A stretch of DNA of 64,000 nucleotides from Amphiscolops sp. MND2022 (GCA_964187785.1 OZ076409.1:44642001-44706000); one strand, 5' to 3'; counted from the first letter of the stretch, positions 39,190-52,846 are shown. Made by a program: numbers and translations. Notes: a model not told the origin generated them from the letters alone.

Positions 39190-40674
39190 AAGGATGTTGC
39201 ATAAACTGCCTAACAACGTTTAGTGATATTGAAGAAAACACATATTACCGCATATGAGGTTTGCCCAAAAACGTATGTTGACGTATAGTCAAAAACGCAC
39301 AATGCCGCATATACAAAAACTTTCAAAAATGATCTTTGACGCTTATACGTCATACCATTTACAGTATTGCGACGTATAATGGAATCAAACTCTGTAAAAT
39401 GGATAGTTTTCTATTACCATTCAAGATGATTCACGTGTACAAGCACCTTCTGAGTGGCGGGATTCGCATTAGCTGGTTTAGAAATAGCTCAAGGTGAATT
39501 AATCCTCTGCTTTCTTCCCATCACATTTGCACAACGGACTCATCGCATCGTTGTGGTTGCGACACTGTCGTAAGGAAATTATTCACACGTGTGCATGTCC
39601 AGTTTTTCATTAGATCTCCAGTTTTCAAATATTGAGAATTACTTTTTCGGATTAGTTTTTCGAAAAACATCCCAGCACAACGTATTTTCAAAAACTCGAG
39701 TTGAACTGGGAGGAACCCTGGAGTATGTTTTTTCAAAGTTCTTCATCAAAAACCCGGGAAAACTTTTCATCAAAAACGTTTCCCGAATATAGCCTGTTTT
39801 TCTAGCGTAATCATGGTTGCTTCAATGGTCTTTTTTCAAAGCTACTTTGCTGACCAAGTTAGTCGTTGCAAACCGTTGCAAAGCAAACATTTAAAAGAAA
39901 TTTGGGTTGTGCCAGAAGAAAGTTGCGTGGCTCTACCGGAAAAGAAACCCTTAAAAGGGCGTCTTTCCTCAGTTTTGAGATTAGGGACTTCAAATAAAAA
40001 AAAACGCATTTTCTTGATTTTTCCAAGTTGACTTATTAAAACCACTTGAAAACATGAAGCTGACCTTTCTTTAATGCTTTGTTGAACCGAGAAACAGTTG
40101 AGAGAGTTATATATAATCGGTTCCTCAATCAGTACAATGTTAAACCTGATATCGCCAGAGAAAGATTCTTACAAATTATCAAAACAAAATATCTTTTAAT
40201 AAAAACTGTTCCAATTCCCTACAAATTTGAAAACCGACAATTAATGTGGTTCCCGACTTTTATTGTCAATGTGAATAAATAAAAGATTAGTTGATTCCGA
40301 TGTATTAAAACCTGTCTAAGAATCTCAAAGACAAAGATTTTGTTGAGGTTTTATTGAGGTGTCTTCCTTCGCGTGGTGTTAAAAAGGAAAATTAAAAAAG
40401 AAAACTAGAAACGCTCCTTCTCTATGGAAAGAGATAGAGAACCGAGTAAATACATCAGTATTAATTAGAACTCATCTTTGTTCGGAGGATTAAGACTAAC
40501 CTCTAAATGTAAAACGGGAATAACATCTTGAACATGTTTTGCACAATCTATATATTGAGACGCTGAAGTTTAGACGTTATTCCTTAGACGCTATTACAAC
40601 CCTGAACTTTGTTTGGGCATCTTCATTATTTGCGTTCTCAAGGATGAATGCAATAGTTTTTCATTTTGTTTCAG

Positions 40675-40789
40675 CCACCCGTTTTCACAGTCCCAGGATT
40701 AAGTGCTGGAACAAAGTACGACATCTTAGTGACAGTTTCATACCCCACTGATTCACTTGCTGTGCACAATACTTACGAACTCTGTACAA
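40675..40789 (+). CDS. Host FN3 gene exon G (second half of domain, phase 0-1)
   Basis: tttcag|...|gtatgt, 115 bp, PPVFTVPGLSAGTKYDILVTVSYPTDSLAVHNTYELCT. Phases match exons F and H. Confidence 0.88.
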
Positions 40790-41046
40790 GTATGTATATT
40801 TTCTAAATTGAATATATTTTTGAACAATAAAATGATACGTCTCATACAGGTTTTTTCGAAGTTTGAGTGGGGCGCTGACTTTTTTCATTCCTGAATTCGG
40901 GTCTCGGATATTTCATTTTTTGAAATGAGTTTTTCGTTCCAAGGTCATTTCGTAAGGTGAAAAACCAATTCATAATGGGCTCTGATAAACTTGATTTGCT
41001 CTGTGCAATGAAGCTCATAAACTTGATTCTAGAATATACTTTGTTT

Positions 41047-41900
41047 CAAAAGCACTAAGAGTCCTCCGTGTCTCTTAGATCAAAGGCAGACCTACAGTCC
41101 TTTTATGTAATTTTAGTTTGTTTGATGACGAACCGGACTCAGTGTTCCTGTTTCCCGAAGACAATAAATTCACCATATTTTGAATCTCTGGAATTACTCT
41201 TTCAGCTATCGCAGAGCTTATGGCCCATATTAATTTGCGAATGCATCATGGACTTCATGGAATCCGTTTCTTTTGACAACTTCGAATTAATTTCATTTGT
41301 AAATGTTTCCATGGTTTCCAGTAATATATCCTGTCTGGGAATTGCGCAATCGTGACTAAAATCTCTAAATTCATTCTCCTGGGAGGAATTCCCTCCAGGT
41401 TGAGAATTGGACTCAATGTCATAATGGTTTATTTATTCCTCAATAGCATTTGCTAGCTCCCTTTCAATAGGAATGACATTCTCGCTTTTCATTATGTCGA
41501 GATTATCGAGATCAGACATCATGTCCATTTCTCTAGATTTCCTTGCTTCAGCTTTCTGTCTTCTTCTTGAAGGCATAAGAAATAGCTACAAGGGAAGAAT
41601 TCAATTTATTCTGTCTCGTTAATCGAGATTTTATTTCAACTGAATGTAAGAAGTATATCAATCAGAGTGGTCCCCGGGACGAGATGTCCCGGGTATTTAT
41701 AGGCAAATATTGATGACAACCCAAATTTCTAGTTTGACAATAGCAGTTTTGTTGGCAGCAACTTGGTTTATCCACACAGTCCAATTGACTGGAAATTCGT
41801 AAGTTTTATCACAGTGGTACCGTTCCTGGTAGGGGTAGGGCATTTGGTCGGCTTGCGTCTATGGTGTAAACGTTGCCATCACAGGCGGCAGCCTGGGACA
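41047..41900 (-). mobile_element. Decayed solo LTR related to 18303-19729
   Basis: TATAAATA ~41700, AATAAA ~41635, ATG 41576 (MPSRRRQKAEARKSREMDMMSD). Shares AAGGACTGTAGGTCTG..GAGACACGGAGGAC with the 19.7-kb copy. Ends approximate. Confidence 0.75.
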
Positions 41901-41980
41901 CTAAGAGGTCTTTTTAGGACAAAAAGTGTATAAAGAAACCTGAATTGATTTTGAACAAGCATAATCGATTCCATGTTTAG

Positions 41981-42283
41981 CTCCCAGCAAAATAGACACC
42001 AACGAAATCACAGTGACTGCGGGCACAGTAACGCACCAGAGTGTGCAGTTCAACATCGTTGGAACCGATCCGGACATAACATCTGTCGAAATAACAACAT
42101 CATGTAGGGATACTGCCGGACCTAGTCTAGTAATAGATGTTGATAACAACCAATTCATTGAGACAATGACAGGGCTTCAAGCTGGTTGCCCTTACACAGC
42201 CAAAGCACAAGCCTCCTGTAAGGGTCTCAACGATGAAAACTTAATAGTAGGTGAATTTTCAGACAACCAGAACTTCTGCACCG
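41981..42283 (+). CDS. Host FN3 gene exon H (one whole domain, phase 1-1)
   Basis: gtttag|...|gttagt, 303 bp, PSKIDTNEITV...MTGLQAGCPYTAKAQASC...NQNFCT. Confidence 0.9.
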
Positions 42284-43169
42284 GTTAGTTAGACAATTAC
42301 TGTCCAGTTCGACTTAAATGCGGCTAGGAAAATTTTTTATACTAGTAAAAAGTTCTAGTGGTTTCAAACCGGGGGTAGCCAGAGTAGTCGATACCCTACA
42401 ATATTTGAACAAAAACCCAAATTTCTTTAAATGGTCAATAATTCAATTTTTTGCATCTTTCGGATTTTTGTTTTTTTTTCGATTGCTTTTTATTTCATTT
42501 CATTTCAGGCATTTTTTCAAAGAAAAATTTATTCACAAACTCATATTTTGCGAACCCTATTTTCCTAGTTAACTCTGTGGAAGAATCTATATTTTTTGAG
42601 TATACAACTGAAATATGGCAAAATTTGGTCGAAATCGGCGGCTGAGAACAGTTCTCTTCCTCTGTGAAATGAAATGCCGGGTGAAAATAATGAATGAAAA
42701 CGAAAGATCATTTTTTCAAAACTTCTCAACCGTGCCACAACGAAGACGAATCAGTCAAAAATAAGTTCAAACAGTAGTAGAAATACCCAGACGTCTAACT
42801 AGAGCAAATAAAATTTTGCAAAAGTTTCAATCAATTCAATAACTTTTCAGTGAATTCTTATTACGGTATGCATCATTGCCGATATTTTTCTCAGGCACTC
42901 CTTCATGTCTTATAAACAATAGCCTGAAAAGTTTCTGATTTTACGGATAGTAATCGAACAGTACACTGGTAAATTCTACTCACTATATTTTCAAACCTTC
43001 GGTCATAGATAACTGACAGAAACTGTTGAAAAGACCAAAAATACTGAATATATACTTTTTCATTTTGACAAGAAATAAAAAACATGAATATTTAGTATAA
43101 TATTCCCACAGAAACGGTCATAAAATTCTATTTATCGATATTTTCGGTGCATCATTGAACTCATTTCAG

Positions 43170-43294
43170 CCCCATTGCCTCCGCAGTTCACTGAAACGCC
43201 GTCTGCAACATCGGAAACTATCACTATAGGGTGGAATTCACCTCCCACGGGGGAAGAAGACAATTACAGATACAAAATCTTTTTAGACGATCAA
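43170..43294 (+). CDS. Host FN3 gene exon I (first half of domain, phase 1-0)
   Basis: tttcag|...|gtaagt, PLPPQFTETPSATSETITIGWNSPPTGEEDNYRYKIFLDDQ with the FN3 WxxP and Y. Confidence 0.92.
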
Positions 43295-44268
43295 GTAAGT
43301 CTTTTTAATCGATTTGGCGCTTTTAATTTACTGCGTATTGCTAGTTTTTTTTCTGATAAGCGAATATACTTTTTCATTGAAAACCGTTATTTTATTACAA
43401 GCGGTAAATTTCAGACAAGACGCTATGAGCTGCGAAAACGTCATTACATTCGGTTATTCGTGAAATTAAAAATTTTTCTAAAAACTACACAAAACCCATG
43501 AACCATCATATTGCTTTATAATCCTAACAAATAAATTGAAAAATGAAAGGGAGAGAGGAAAATTGGTGTCATATTGGCAATTTGTACAATTTTATGGTTG
43601 ATTTGAGTAAAGCAACTTGAATGAAGAGTCGAATTGAGAAAGAGTGAACAAACTAGAAAAAAGGTAGAAATAGAAGTCAATGAAAGTTTGAGTTTCAGAG
43701 CATGAAGTTTTGGAGTTTTTACTGTCAACATATACCGGCCCCCTTGAACGGTCCCAACAGCTTGGTGCAGGTCCTGCAAACATACAGGGTACAAAGTAGC
43801 ATTTGTATGACTTAGTGAAAAAAGGCATTTTTTTGAAAAAAAAAAGAATTTATACTAAGCTTTGGTTAAGTTGAATAGTTGACACGACGGGTATCCATAC
43901 CAAGTTCCAATTGAAGAGCAGTAGAGACAAAAAACAAGACCCAGTACCCATAATATAACACAAATACAAAATAAACAAAAACGAAACGGCGTAACGAAGA
44001 AGGACGGGACTGGGTGTAAACGTTTTTGGAAGAACCAAAAAACAAGCTCATTTAAATAATGAAAAATGTTTTACAGGGAATTTATACAATTACTTTGTTT
44101 GATGAAAATCTGTTAATGATGTTGTTGAATGGTTTGGTTGCGATAAGGAGGTAAATGAAAACTGTATGTAGGATTGTTATCTTTATCTTTAGTTTTTATC
44201 TTCGGGTCTTTGTTGTTAACTTTGATTCTGATCCAATGCTGCAAGTTTCTTTTTCGTTGATGACTTTG

Positions 44269-47200
44269 TTACTTGTTGATTTCTTGGTTCTTTCCATGGG
44301 ATACTTCTGCCGGAAGAAATAATGATAGCCGATGGACTGGCCGCACGTATGATCCTCTTCGGGTCCGGATCTCAACAACGCGGGCGATTTGGTCATTCCC
44401 ATCAAAAACTTTGATGACTTTAGCCATCGGCCACATCATTGGTGACGTATTGTCATCCTTCAAGAAAACGATGTCTCCAATTTGTAGGTTTTCTTGTTCC
44501 GCTGTCCACTTAGTTCGCTGTTGAAGAGTTGTGAGATATTCTGAGGACCATCGTTTCCAGAAAAAATTCATTGCTTGCTGGCGTTGTTGGAATCTTCTGA
44601 TGAGTGTGAGGTCTTCTTTGTCGGGTGGGTCAGAGTCTGGAACTGTTAGCAGTGGTCGTCCAATTAGGAAGTGTGCAGGTGTTAGTGTTTGAAAGTCGTT
44701 TGGGTAATTGGATGGTGAAGTTAATGGACGAGAATTCATAATGGCTTCGATTTGTGTCAGTAATGTCGTTAATTCTTCTAGAGGTAGAGTTGTCTTGCCT
44801 GTGGTTTTCAGAAAGTGTCGTTTGAAAGATTTAACGGCTGCTTCCCAAAGACCACCGAAATGGGGTGAACGTGGTGGGGTTGTGAGCCATTGGATCTTGT
44901 GATGGGCAGTGAAAGATTCAAGGGACTCGGTAATTTTTTGTTCTGCTAACATCCGTTGTATTTCGAGTTCAGCGTGTGTTCCTGTAAAGGTGCGAGAATT
45001 GTCACTGTAGATGGCACTTGGTAGTCCGCGGCGAGCGAAAAAACGTTGTAGGGTAGAAATGCAGGCTTCTTTGGTGAGTGAGTTGACAAGTTCTAGATGG
45101 ACTGCTTTCGTTGAGAAACAGATGAAAATTGCGACGTAGGTCTTTGCTGTTTTTGTTGTGATTGGGCCGCAATAGTCTAGCCCGATGTGGCTAAAAGGTG
45201 TTGAAGGAGAAATACGTTCTTGCGGTAAGTCTCGCATTTGAGGTTGACGTTGACGGCTGTTGAAGCGTGCGCATTGGGGACATTTTCGAATGATGGATTG
45301 GATAAGGCGAGTCACGTTCGGTATCCAAACTGTTTGTCGTAGAGTTGACAATGTTAATTGCCAACCTCCGTGAAAGCATTGTAGGTGTGTTTCGCGGATT
45401 AGAGCTGCGTTGATAATCGATCGTCGGGGTACAATAATTGGGAATTTGAAATCCATATGATACCTGTTGCTGTTGGCGAGACGTCCACCAACTCGAAGGA
45501 TTTGTTTCTCTTCGTCAAAAAAGGGAGCAAGGGCCCTAAGTGTGCTTTTGCGGGGCAACCTTTTGTTTTGTTTGAGGACTTCAAATTCTGTGAGGTGCTG
45601 TTTTTGAAATGTTCGGAAAATTAGTAGTCTTGCTACTCCAATTTCGACGGCGGAAAGGGTGGCTGTCCCTTGCATGTTGTGTAATGCGTGTCTTTTTCTT
45701 CTTTCTTCTGTCGGTTTCTTGTTTTGTTTCACATTTGAAACAAACCTGAGGACAAAACCGAAAACCTTGACGAGCTTCTTGAAACTCGAGAATTTGTTGG
45801 CTGCAACAAGTATCGCATTGTCGGCATCAGTGTAATCTCTGGAGGTGCGATTCGACTGGTGTGATTGTGATGAGTTCTCCGGATGTGGCTGTGGTTCTTC
45901 TTCTTCTTCTTCTTCTTGTTCTTCTTCTTCTTCTTCTTTTTCTTCGTCTTCTTCTTCTTGTTCTTCTTCTTCTTCTTGATCATCTGCTTGTTCTTTCGGT
46001 TCTTCTTCTTCTGGTGCTTTTGCTGTTGCTGCTGTTTCTTCTTTGTTGTGGTTCAGGATTGCTTGTTTACGGACTGGCAGGTAAACAAGGCTTGGTTGTT
46101 TCTGGGTTGTGTCGTCGTGAGTGTTAATACTCACAAGTTTTCTGTAGTCAAGCTGAACAGAGTTGTTCAGCCTTTTAGCTTCTTTTAGACTTTCTTCTGG
46201 CAAAGCAATGTCGATTTGAGGCCACGCTGAAGCTGGCATGCGCAGCCACTCAGGTCCTTGCCACCACAGATGGTGACTTTGAAGTTTTCGAGGCGACATT
46301 CCTCTGCTGGCACAGTCAGCTGGATTGGATTCAGTGGGAACATGGTTCCAGTTTTCTGCCGGGACTGACTTTTGAATCTTCGCTACGCGATTAGCAACGA
46401 AGGTTTTCCAACGACTCGGATGATTTTTTATCCAAGCCAGTGTGATTGTAGAATCAGTCCAAGCGAAAACTTTGAGGTTGGGAAATCGTTCGTCATCCAA
46501 GGCAATTCTGATCGATTGAAAAAGTTGCGCTCCCAAAAGAGCTGCACAGAGCTCTAATCGAGGAACACAAATTGTTTTGATTGGTGCCACTCGTGTTTTA
46601 GCTACGAGAAGCTGGCTTTGAAAGTGTCCTTGGCTGACGGGTTGGCGAATATAGACAACTGCGGCGTAAGCAGTTGTAGAGGCGTCACAAAAGCAATGGA
46701 GTTGAAGTGGGTTTTTGGAAGGTTCATTCTTATCGAGAATGAATCTCGGGGTGTCGATATCTTCGATTGACTTTAGATCGCGACTGAGATGTTTGCATTG
46801 TTGTAAGAGGTTGTGATTCAATGGTTGATCCCAAGACAAATTATCCAACCAAAGTGCTTGAATGAACGACTTCAATTGGATGACAATTGGTGAAAGGAGA
46901 CCCAACGGGTCAAAGATGCGGGTGACTTTGGAGAGTATTTGTCGTTTCGTTTGTGGGGCTTTATCGGCCGGTTCCACGTTGAATGTGAAGATGTCTTGCT
47001 TCGGTTTCCAGACGACACCAGGAGTTTGGATGAAATACTCTTCAGACTCGATGTGTCTGGTGTCGGCTGATTCTCGATATGTTTCGGGAAGGCGTTCAAC
47101 GAGTGAAAGATCACTCGATGACCACTTGCGTAGATGGACACCAGCGTTAGCTAGGTGTTTGATGAGGGTATCTTGCAGTAGTTCAGCTTCTTCTTTGGAG

Positions 47201-49915
47201 GCGGTTCCGGTTAATAGATCGTCGACGTACATGTCCGATTTGAGCGCTAGGGCGGCGATGGGGTGCTGTGTTGTTTCGGCTAACTCGAACAAGGGTCGTA
47301 TGGCATGGAAACCAGCTGATGTCACACCGTAAGTATTTCGAGTCATGCGGTAATATTCTAGAGTAGATGATGGGAAATCATGATGATGTTTCTTTCCAAA
47401 GTATTCTGTGGAAATCTTTGTCTTCTTTGTCGAGAAGTACCTGGCGGTACATTTTGGCAGTGTCGGCTGACAAAGCCACCTTGTGAAATCTGAACCTGAT
47501 CAAGATCTCGAAGAGATCCCTTTGGATCTTCGGACCAAGCATGAGGTTATCGTTTAATGAGACTCCGGAGGTTGTTTTCGCCGAGGCGTCAAAAACCACA
47601 CGAAGTTTGGTTGTCGTGCTGGATTCCTTGAGAACACAGTGGTGTGGCAGGTAGAATGACTTGCTGGTTGCGATTGGAATTTCAGACTCCGGGATTTTCT
47701 CCATGTGTCCCAGATCCAAAAATTCCTTGATGAAGGCTGCGTATCTAGTATAGAGGCTCTCGTTTTTGGAAAGTCGGTAGAGGAGTGTTTCGAGGCGACG
47801 TTTTGCTTGCTGAAAAGAGTCACCAAGGGGTATGGCGTCTTCTTTGAAAGGTAGTTTGACAATGAATAGTCCATCTTCATTCCGGGTTGTGGTTAGTTGA
47901 AAGTGTTGTTCGCATGCTTGTTCTTCTTTAGTGAAATGATGGCTTTGAGGAAGATCTTCAATCTCCCAAAACTTCTTGAGGGTTTCTTCTTCGGGAATCG
48001 AATTCAATGAGCTAAGGCAGGTTGTGAGGGTTTGAATTGACACTGAAGGCGAACCTCCAATGACAACCCACCCAAACAACGAATCACGGTATGTTACATT
48101 GTTGTTTTCCTTGATCCGTGCATCCAACATGATGGTTTCATAAAGTTCAGCTCCAATGAGCATGTTGATTCCAGAAGGTGTGTTGAATGTCGGATCGGCG
48201 AGCTTGAGGTTTGGAAGATGTTTGAAAGACGAAGTGGAAACCTTGCATGAGGGCAAGATGTTGGTGAGCTTTGACATTACAAAGGCTCTCACTGGAATAG
48301 CTGCTGCTCTTTTCGGGGTGATAAGGAAGTCTGTGGTTCCGCGATGTTGTAGCTCATCCTTGGCGCCCAGACCAAAGATGCGCACTTGTTGTTTTTTCAC
48401 TGGAAGACCTAGTCGTGTGACTAGATTCTCAGTGATGAGGTTACTTTGGGAACCTGAATCGAGAAGTGCTCGGCAAAGTGTGGTTTCACCGTTTACTAAG
48501 ATGGGTATCATGGCTGTTTGCAAGAAGACTGTTCCGGTTGTTTGAGGAGAAAGCGAAGTAGCTGTGAACTGTTCTGGTGGCGGTGATTCCGTATTAGTTG
48601 TTTTTTCTGATTCATTGTGCCGATTGTTATCCGCAACTGTACTGTTGACAGAACGTGTTTGTCGTGGTGATTGTAGATGAAGTAGAGTGTTGTGCTTCAG
48701 GTTGCAATTTTTACAGGTCGATCCTCTGCATTCTTGTTGTCGGTGACCTGCGCGCAAGCAGTTGAAGCAAAGTTTCTTCATTTTCACGAATTCAGCTCGA
48801 TTTGGGACTGAAAGTTGCTTGAATTTTGGGCAGAGATGTAATTTGTGAGTGCCATTGCAACACTCGCAATTGATTTCGTTAGTCGTCGTATTGGTATTGT
48901 AATTCCGTTGTGAGGAGTGCGACTGTTGGTTGTTGTTTTGACGAGTTGTAAAGCGATGCTGTGATGAAATAGTTGGCGCTGAGAGTGTTGATGCTTCTAG
49001 AGCCAAGCATCGGGTTTCCAGGAATTTTTTCAAGTCGTTGTAAGTTTGAGGATCCGTTCCAGGCGTTGAGAGCTCCCAAAACTTCCTCGTATCAGCAGGG
49101 AGTTTTTCGGTGACGAGGTATACAAGAAAGATATCTTGCTGGTCGACTGGTTGACCCATGTTCTCCAGGGCCAATCGATGTTCTTCCACGGTTTCTACAA
49201 GTTGACGAAGATCTTTAGCGGTTTCGTTGGTAAGCTGTTTCTGTGTAGATATGGCATGTACATGGGCGCGCAAGATCATGCGGTTGTTTTGGTAGCGGTC
49301 TCGCAACATCTTCATGGCGACAGAGTAATTAGCGTCAGTGATTGTTACCGATGCTAGAAGCTTTGCTGCATCGCCTTTCAAAGATGCTTTGAGATACTGT
49401 AGCTTCTGGCTGTTCTGCAGGGTGCCGTTGTTGTGAACTGCTCCAGTGAACAAGTCGAAGAATAAGGTCCACGAGAGATAATCTCCTGAAAAGGTTGGCA
49501 GATCCAATTTTGGCAACTTCGCTGTAGTTAATGGGGGTGTGCTTCTTGTAATTGTTGATGATGTTGATGTTGTTCCACGTACCGCTGGTGTGATGCTTTT
49601 GATGAATCGGTCTATCTGGTCTAGCTGTTGAACTAGTTTATCGTCAAACTCCTCAGATTGCAGGATGTCGGTTTCCAAGACTTCTTCGTTGTCGAATTTT
49701 GATTGAATTTGTAGATTGAGGTCGTTTAGGAAGGTTTGTTTTCTTGAGAGATTTTTGTGTAGTTGTTCGAGCCGAATAACTGCATCGGCGATGCTTACAG
49801 AGCGCGTTGGCAGAATTAGGGATTCTGCTTCTGTCCAGTATTTAGTGGCAACTGACTTGTGGGAAGCACGGCTTTTCTTTTGCATTTCAATCTCTGTCAT
49901 TTTGGTTTTGATCAC
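44269..49915 (-). pseudogene. BEL-2 gag-pol polyprotein split by a single frameshift in RT
   Basis: KLPKLDLPTFSGD, three Cys-His knuckles, LLDSGS, KLRVVFDAS, YVDD, FCDAS, VPRLEL, AVHLE, SDN, GGLWE. ORFs 47378-49915 and 44269-47346 are out of frame. Confidence 0.95.
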
Positions 49916-50092
49916 GTAAATTTTTTGTTGCTGTTTCGTAGCTCTTTTCCTTACTTGGCTTAACTTTACTTGACGTTACTTTGAACTTTGAGCTGGTCTT
50001 CACTTTAAATACTTTGTGAGAATCTTGATATCTTTGAAGAGTGGTGATTATTGCTTTAAATTACTTTGAATTTGCTGTTCCAAATTTCGAAG

Positions 50093-50270
50093 ACTGACGA
50101 AGACTGAATCGAATTGCCTTTAATTGGTCTTTACAAGCTTTGAATCTTTGAATACTGATGAAGACTGCTTTGAGTCACTTTGAATTTCTCTTTACAAACT
50201 TTGAATCTTTGAAAATTGACGAAGATTGCTTTGATTTACTTTGAGGTTCCCTTTAAAAACTTTGGATGCT
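50093..50270. repeat. ~60-bp tandem repeat x3 in the BEL-2 5' leader
   Basis: actgacgaagactg...tttacaa.ctttgaatctttgaa repeated, with further ctttga motifs nearby. Confidence 0.75.
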
Positions 50271-50925
50271 TCGATTTTTCAAGCTTTGGATGCTTGGGAA
50301 TTTCTTGAACTTTGAAATATTTCGTATGCAGTGGAACGTATCCAGATTGACGTTATAGCTTTGAAACTTTGAATGGGGAAAAAATTTTTCCGAAAGCTTG
50401 TTTTTTTGTTTTTTGAAAGGTTGGGGGGTTTAAATAAGCTTGTTCTGAAAGTAATTGGCAAGCTCATTTTGTCAGTAAAGCATCGATTTTTTGTTGAATG
50501 AAAGTTGTTTTCAATGGCCACCAAAAAATGGTTTGAGTAAAGCAACTTGAATGAAGAGTCGAATTGAGAAAGAGTGAACAAACTAGAAAAACGGTAGAAA
50601 TAGAAGTCAATGAAAGTTTGAGTTTCAGAGCATGAAGTTTTGGAGTTTTTACTGTCAACAATGGTCACTTCAACCGGATTGAAAAACAAGTGAACGAGAA
50701 GACACTATAAAGTGTCAAAAAAATTGTCTCAATTGTACTTAGATAAGTATTTTTCGGCACGCATCCATGAGGATGTTAGAGGGTGTCCGTTCACTAAAAA
50801 AAGCGTTGACGCAGAAATCGAATAGTGCTGTGCACTAACCAGAATCATCTCTGATTGGTTGTAATTCAAAACAAGACTAATTTCAGAAAAAGTGTGCTGA
50901 TTAATTGCGTGATTTACTGGCAACT

Positions 50926-52846
50926 TTCAACTCCCTCCCCCCCCACTACAAAACTAGTTAGTTAGAACATAATCACAGTAAAAAAAAGTGAAACACTTTT
51001 TGTTCAAACGCAAAACTATTCCAATGGAAGTTAACTTCCTGTTTTGGAAGATTTCTAATCGGGCCAGTTCGAAACTATTTTTGAATTTTTCTTTTGAAAA
51101 AATTGATGATGTGGGTTGGGTAAGTAAAATGGTCCGAATTTTATATGGATATGAATACTTAGAGAGATAAGGTATATTTTACTGTGGAAGTAGAAATTTC
51201 ACTGGAAGATACTAGAAAATGATATCTAATTCGGTTGATGCACATATAGTTCAAATTTCTGCATGCAACGGTGTCTGCTCGGAAAACTAGAATCTTGTTA
51301 GAGGTTGTTGGTTGCATCAAAACAACAATGACTTTAGTTGAAGCTTTTATATATGAAAAAAGCTCGACTATTACAGTCACTCGGTTTTTTTATTCTATTG
51401 TTCAAGACAGACTTGAGTGCGACAAATTTTTTGTTCAGTTTGTTCAAGTAAACGAATACCTGGGTAATGCATCCAAGTTATTTCAATGGGTCCCCCTTTC
51501 ATTTTTACTTTTTAACGTAACCTACAAAACCGGACGAGACTAGATGGTCCCCTTCCGATGTGTTCGACACTGTGAGACTTTCAAAATTCTGATTTTTGCC
51601 TGGAAACTGTGTCTTTTTTCGAGTTTTGGAAAATGTCTTCGAAGGACCCCCCTTCAATTTTTTTGATATTTTGCTATATATGTTAAAAATCCCAACGAGT
51701 CCCTTGTTTGAAATTTTTCGGCGCTATGAGACTGTTCAAAATTCTCATTTTTGTCTGTTGTTAGGTTTTGTCAAAATATATCCAATATTGTATTTCAATA
51801 CTTTCCGAATTTTTGACGTAATATCAGAAGTGAAGCGCCAATTCCGAATTCCTGACGTTTATTTAGTTCAACATGAAACTATTTTTAGAAACAACAACGG
51901 CTGAAAATAGCACCATGACGATATATCTAATCTAACTTTAGACATCAGAAAGACTAGTCGGCAACGAATTGTTTATGCAGCCGCGCGGACTGCATGAACG
52001 TAATATTAATTATAGCATTTTTCAAACTCCCCACTACAAACACAGTTAGTTCGAACATAATCACAGTAAAAACAAGTGAGACACTTTTTGTTCAAACGCA
52101 AAACTATTCCAATGGAAGTTAACTTCCTGTTTTGGAAGATTTCTAATCGGGCCAGTTCGAAACAATTTTTGAATTTTTCCTTTGTAAAAAGTAATGGTGT
52201 GGGGTGGGTAAGTAAAATGGTCGGAATTTTTATATGGATATGAATACTCAGAGAGATTATGTCTATTTTTACTGGGGAAGTAGAAATTTCACTGGAAGAT
52301 ACTAGAAATCTCTACTAGACAAAAATCTCCGAAGTAGAAATTTCACTGGAAGATACTAGAAATTGATATCTATTTTGGTTGATGCACATATAGTTCAAAT
52401 TTCTGCATGCAACGCTTTCTGCTCGGAAAACTAGAACCTTGTTAGAGGTTGTTAGTTGCGTCAATTCAACAATGATTTTAGTTGAAGCTTTTATATAATA
52501 AAAAAGCTCGACTATTACAGTCACTCGGTTTTTTTTCTTTTGTTCAAGACAGACTCGAGTGCGACAAATTTTTTGTTCAGTTTGTTCAAGTTAACGAATA
52601 CCTGGAAAATGCATCTAAGTTATTTCAATGGGCCCCCTTTTCATTTTTACTTTTTAAAGTAACCTACCAAACCGGACGAGACTAGAGGGTCCCCTTCCGA
52701 TGCGTTCGACACTGTGAGACTTTCAAAATTCTCATTTTTGTCTGATGTTAGGTTTTGTCAATATATATCCAATAATTTATTCAATACTATCCGAATTTTT
52801 GATTTAATATTCGAAGTGAAGCGCTATATCCGAATTCCTGACGTTT
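50926..52846. repeat. Direct duplication of ~0.85-0.9 kb (50926-51860 and 52021-52846)
   Basis: ccactacaaa...gaacataatcacagtaaaa...ccgaattcctgacgttt in both copies, with indels. Confidence 0.92.

Larger units (their letters stand above)
43599..50660 (-). mobile_element. BEL/Pao LTR retrotransposon (BEL-2), full-length and young
   Basis: 132-bp LTRs at 43599-43730 and 50529-50660 (2 mismatches seen), TG..CA ends, TSD atggt. PPT AAGGGGGCCGG and PBS TGGTGGCCA. Confidence 0.97.

Noticed and set aside
38848..39257. ORFs spanning the N run
   Set aside because: Artefacts of translating the gap.
39813..40282. Two adjacent + strand ORFs
   Set aside because: Possibly transposon debris, but no identifiable family motif and no fit to the FN3 exon phases.
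45729..46188. Poly-K, poly-L and poly-F ORFs
   Set aside because: Alternative frames of the GAA/TTC microsatellite.
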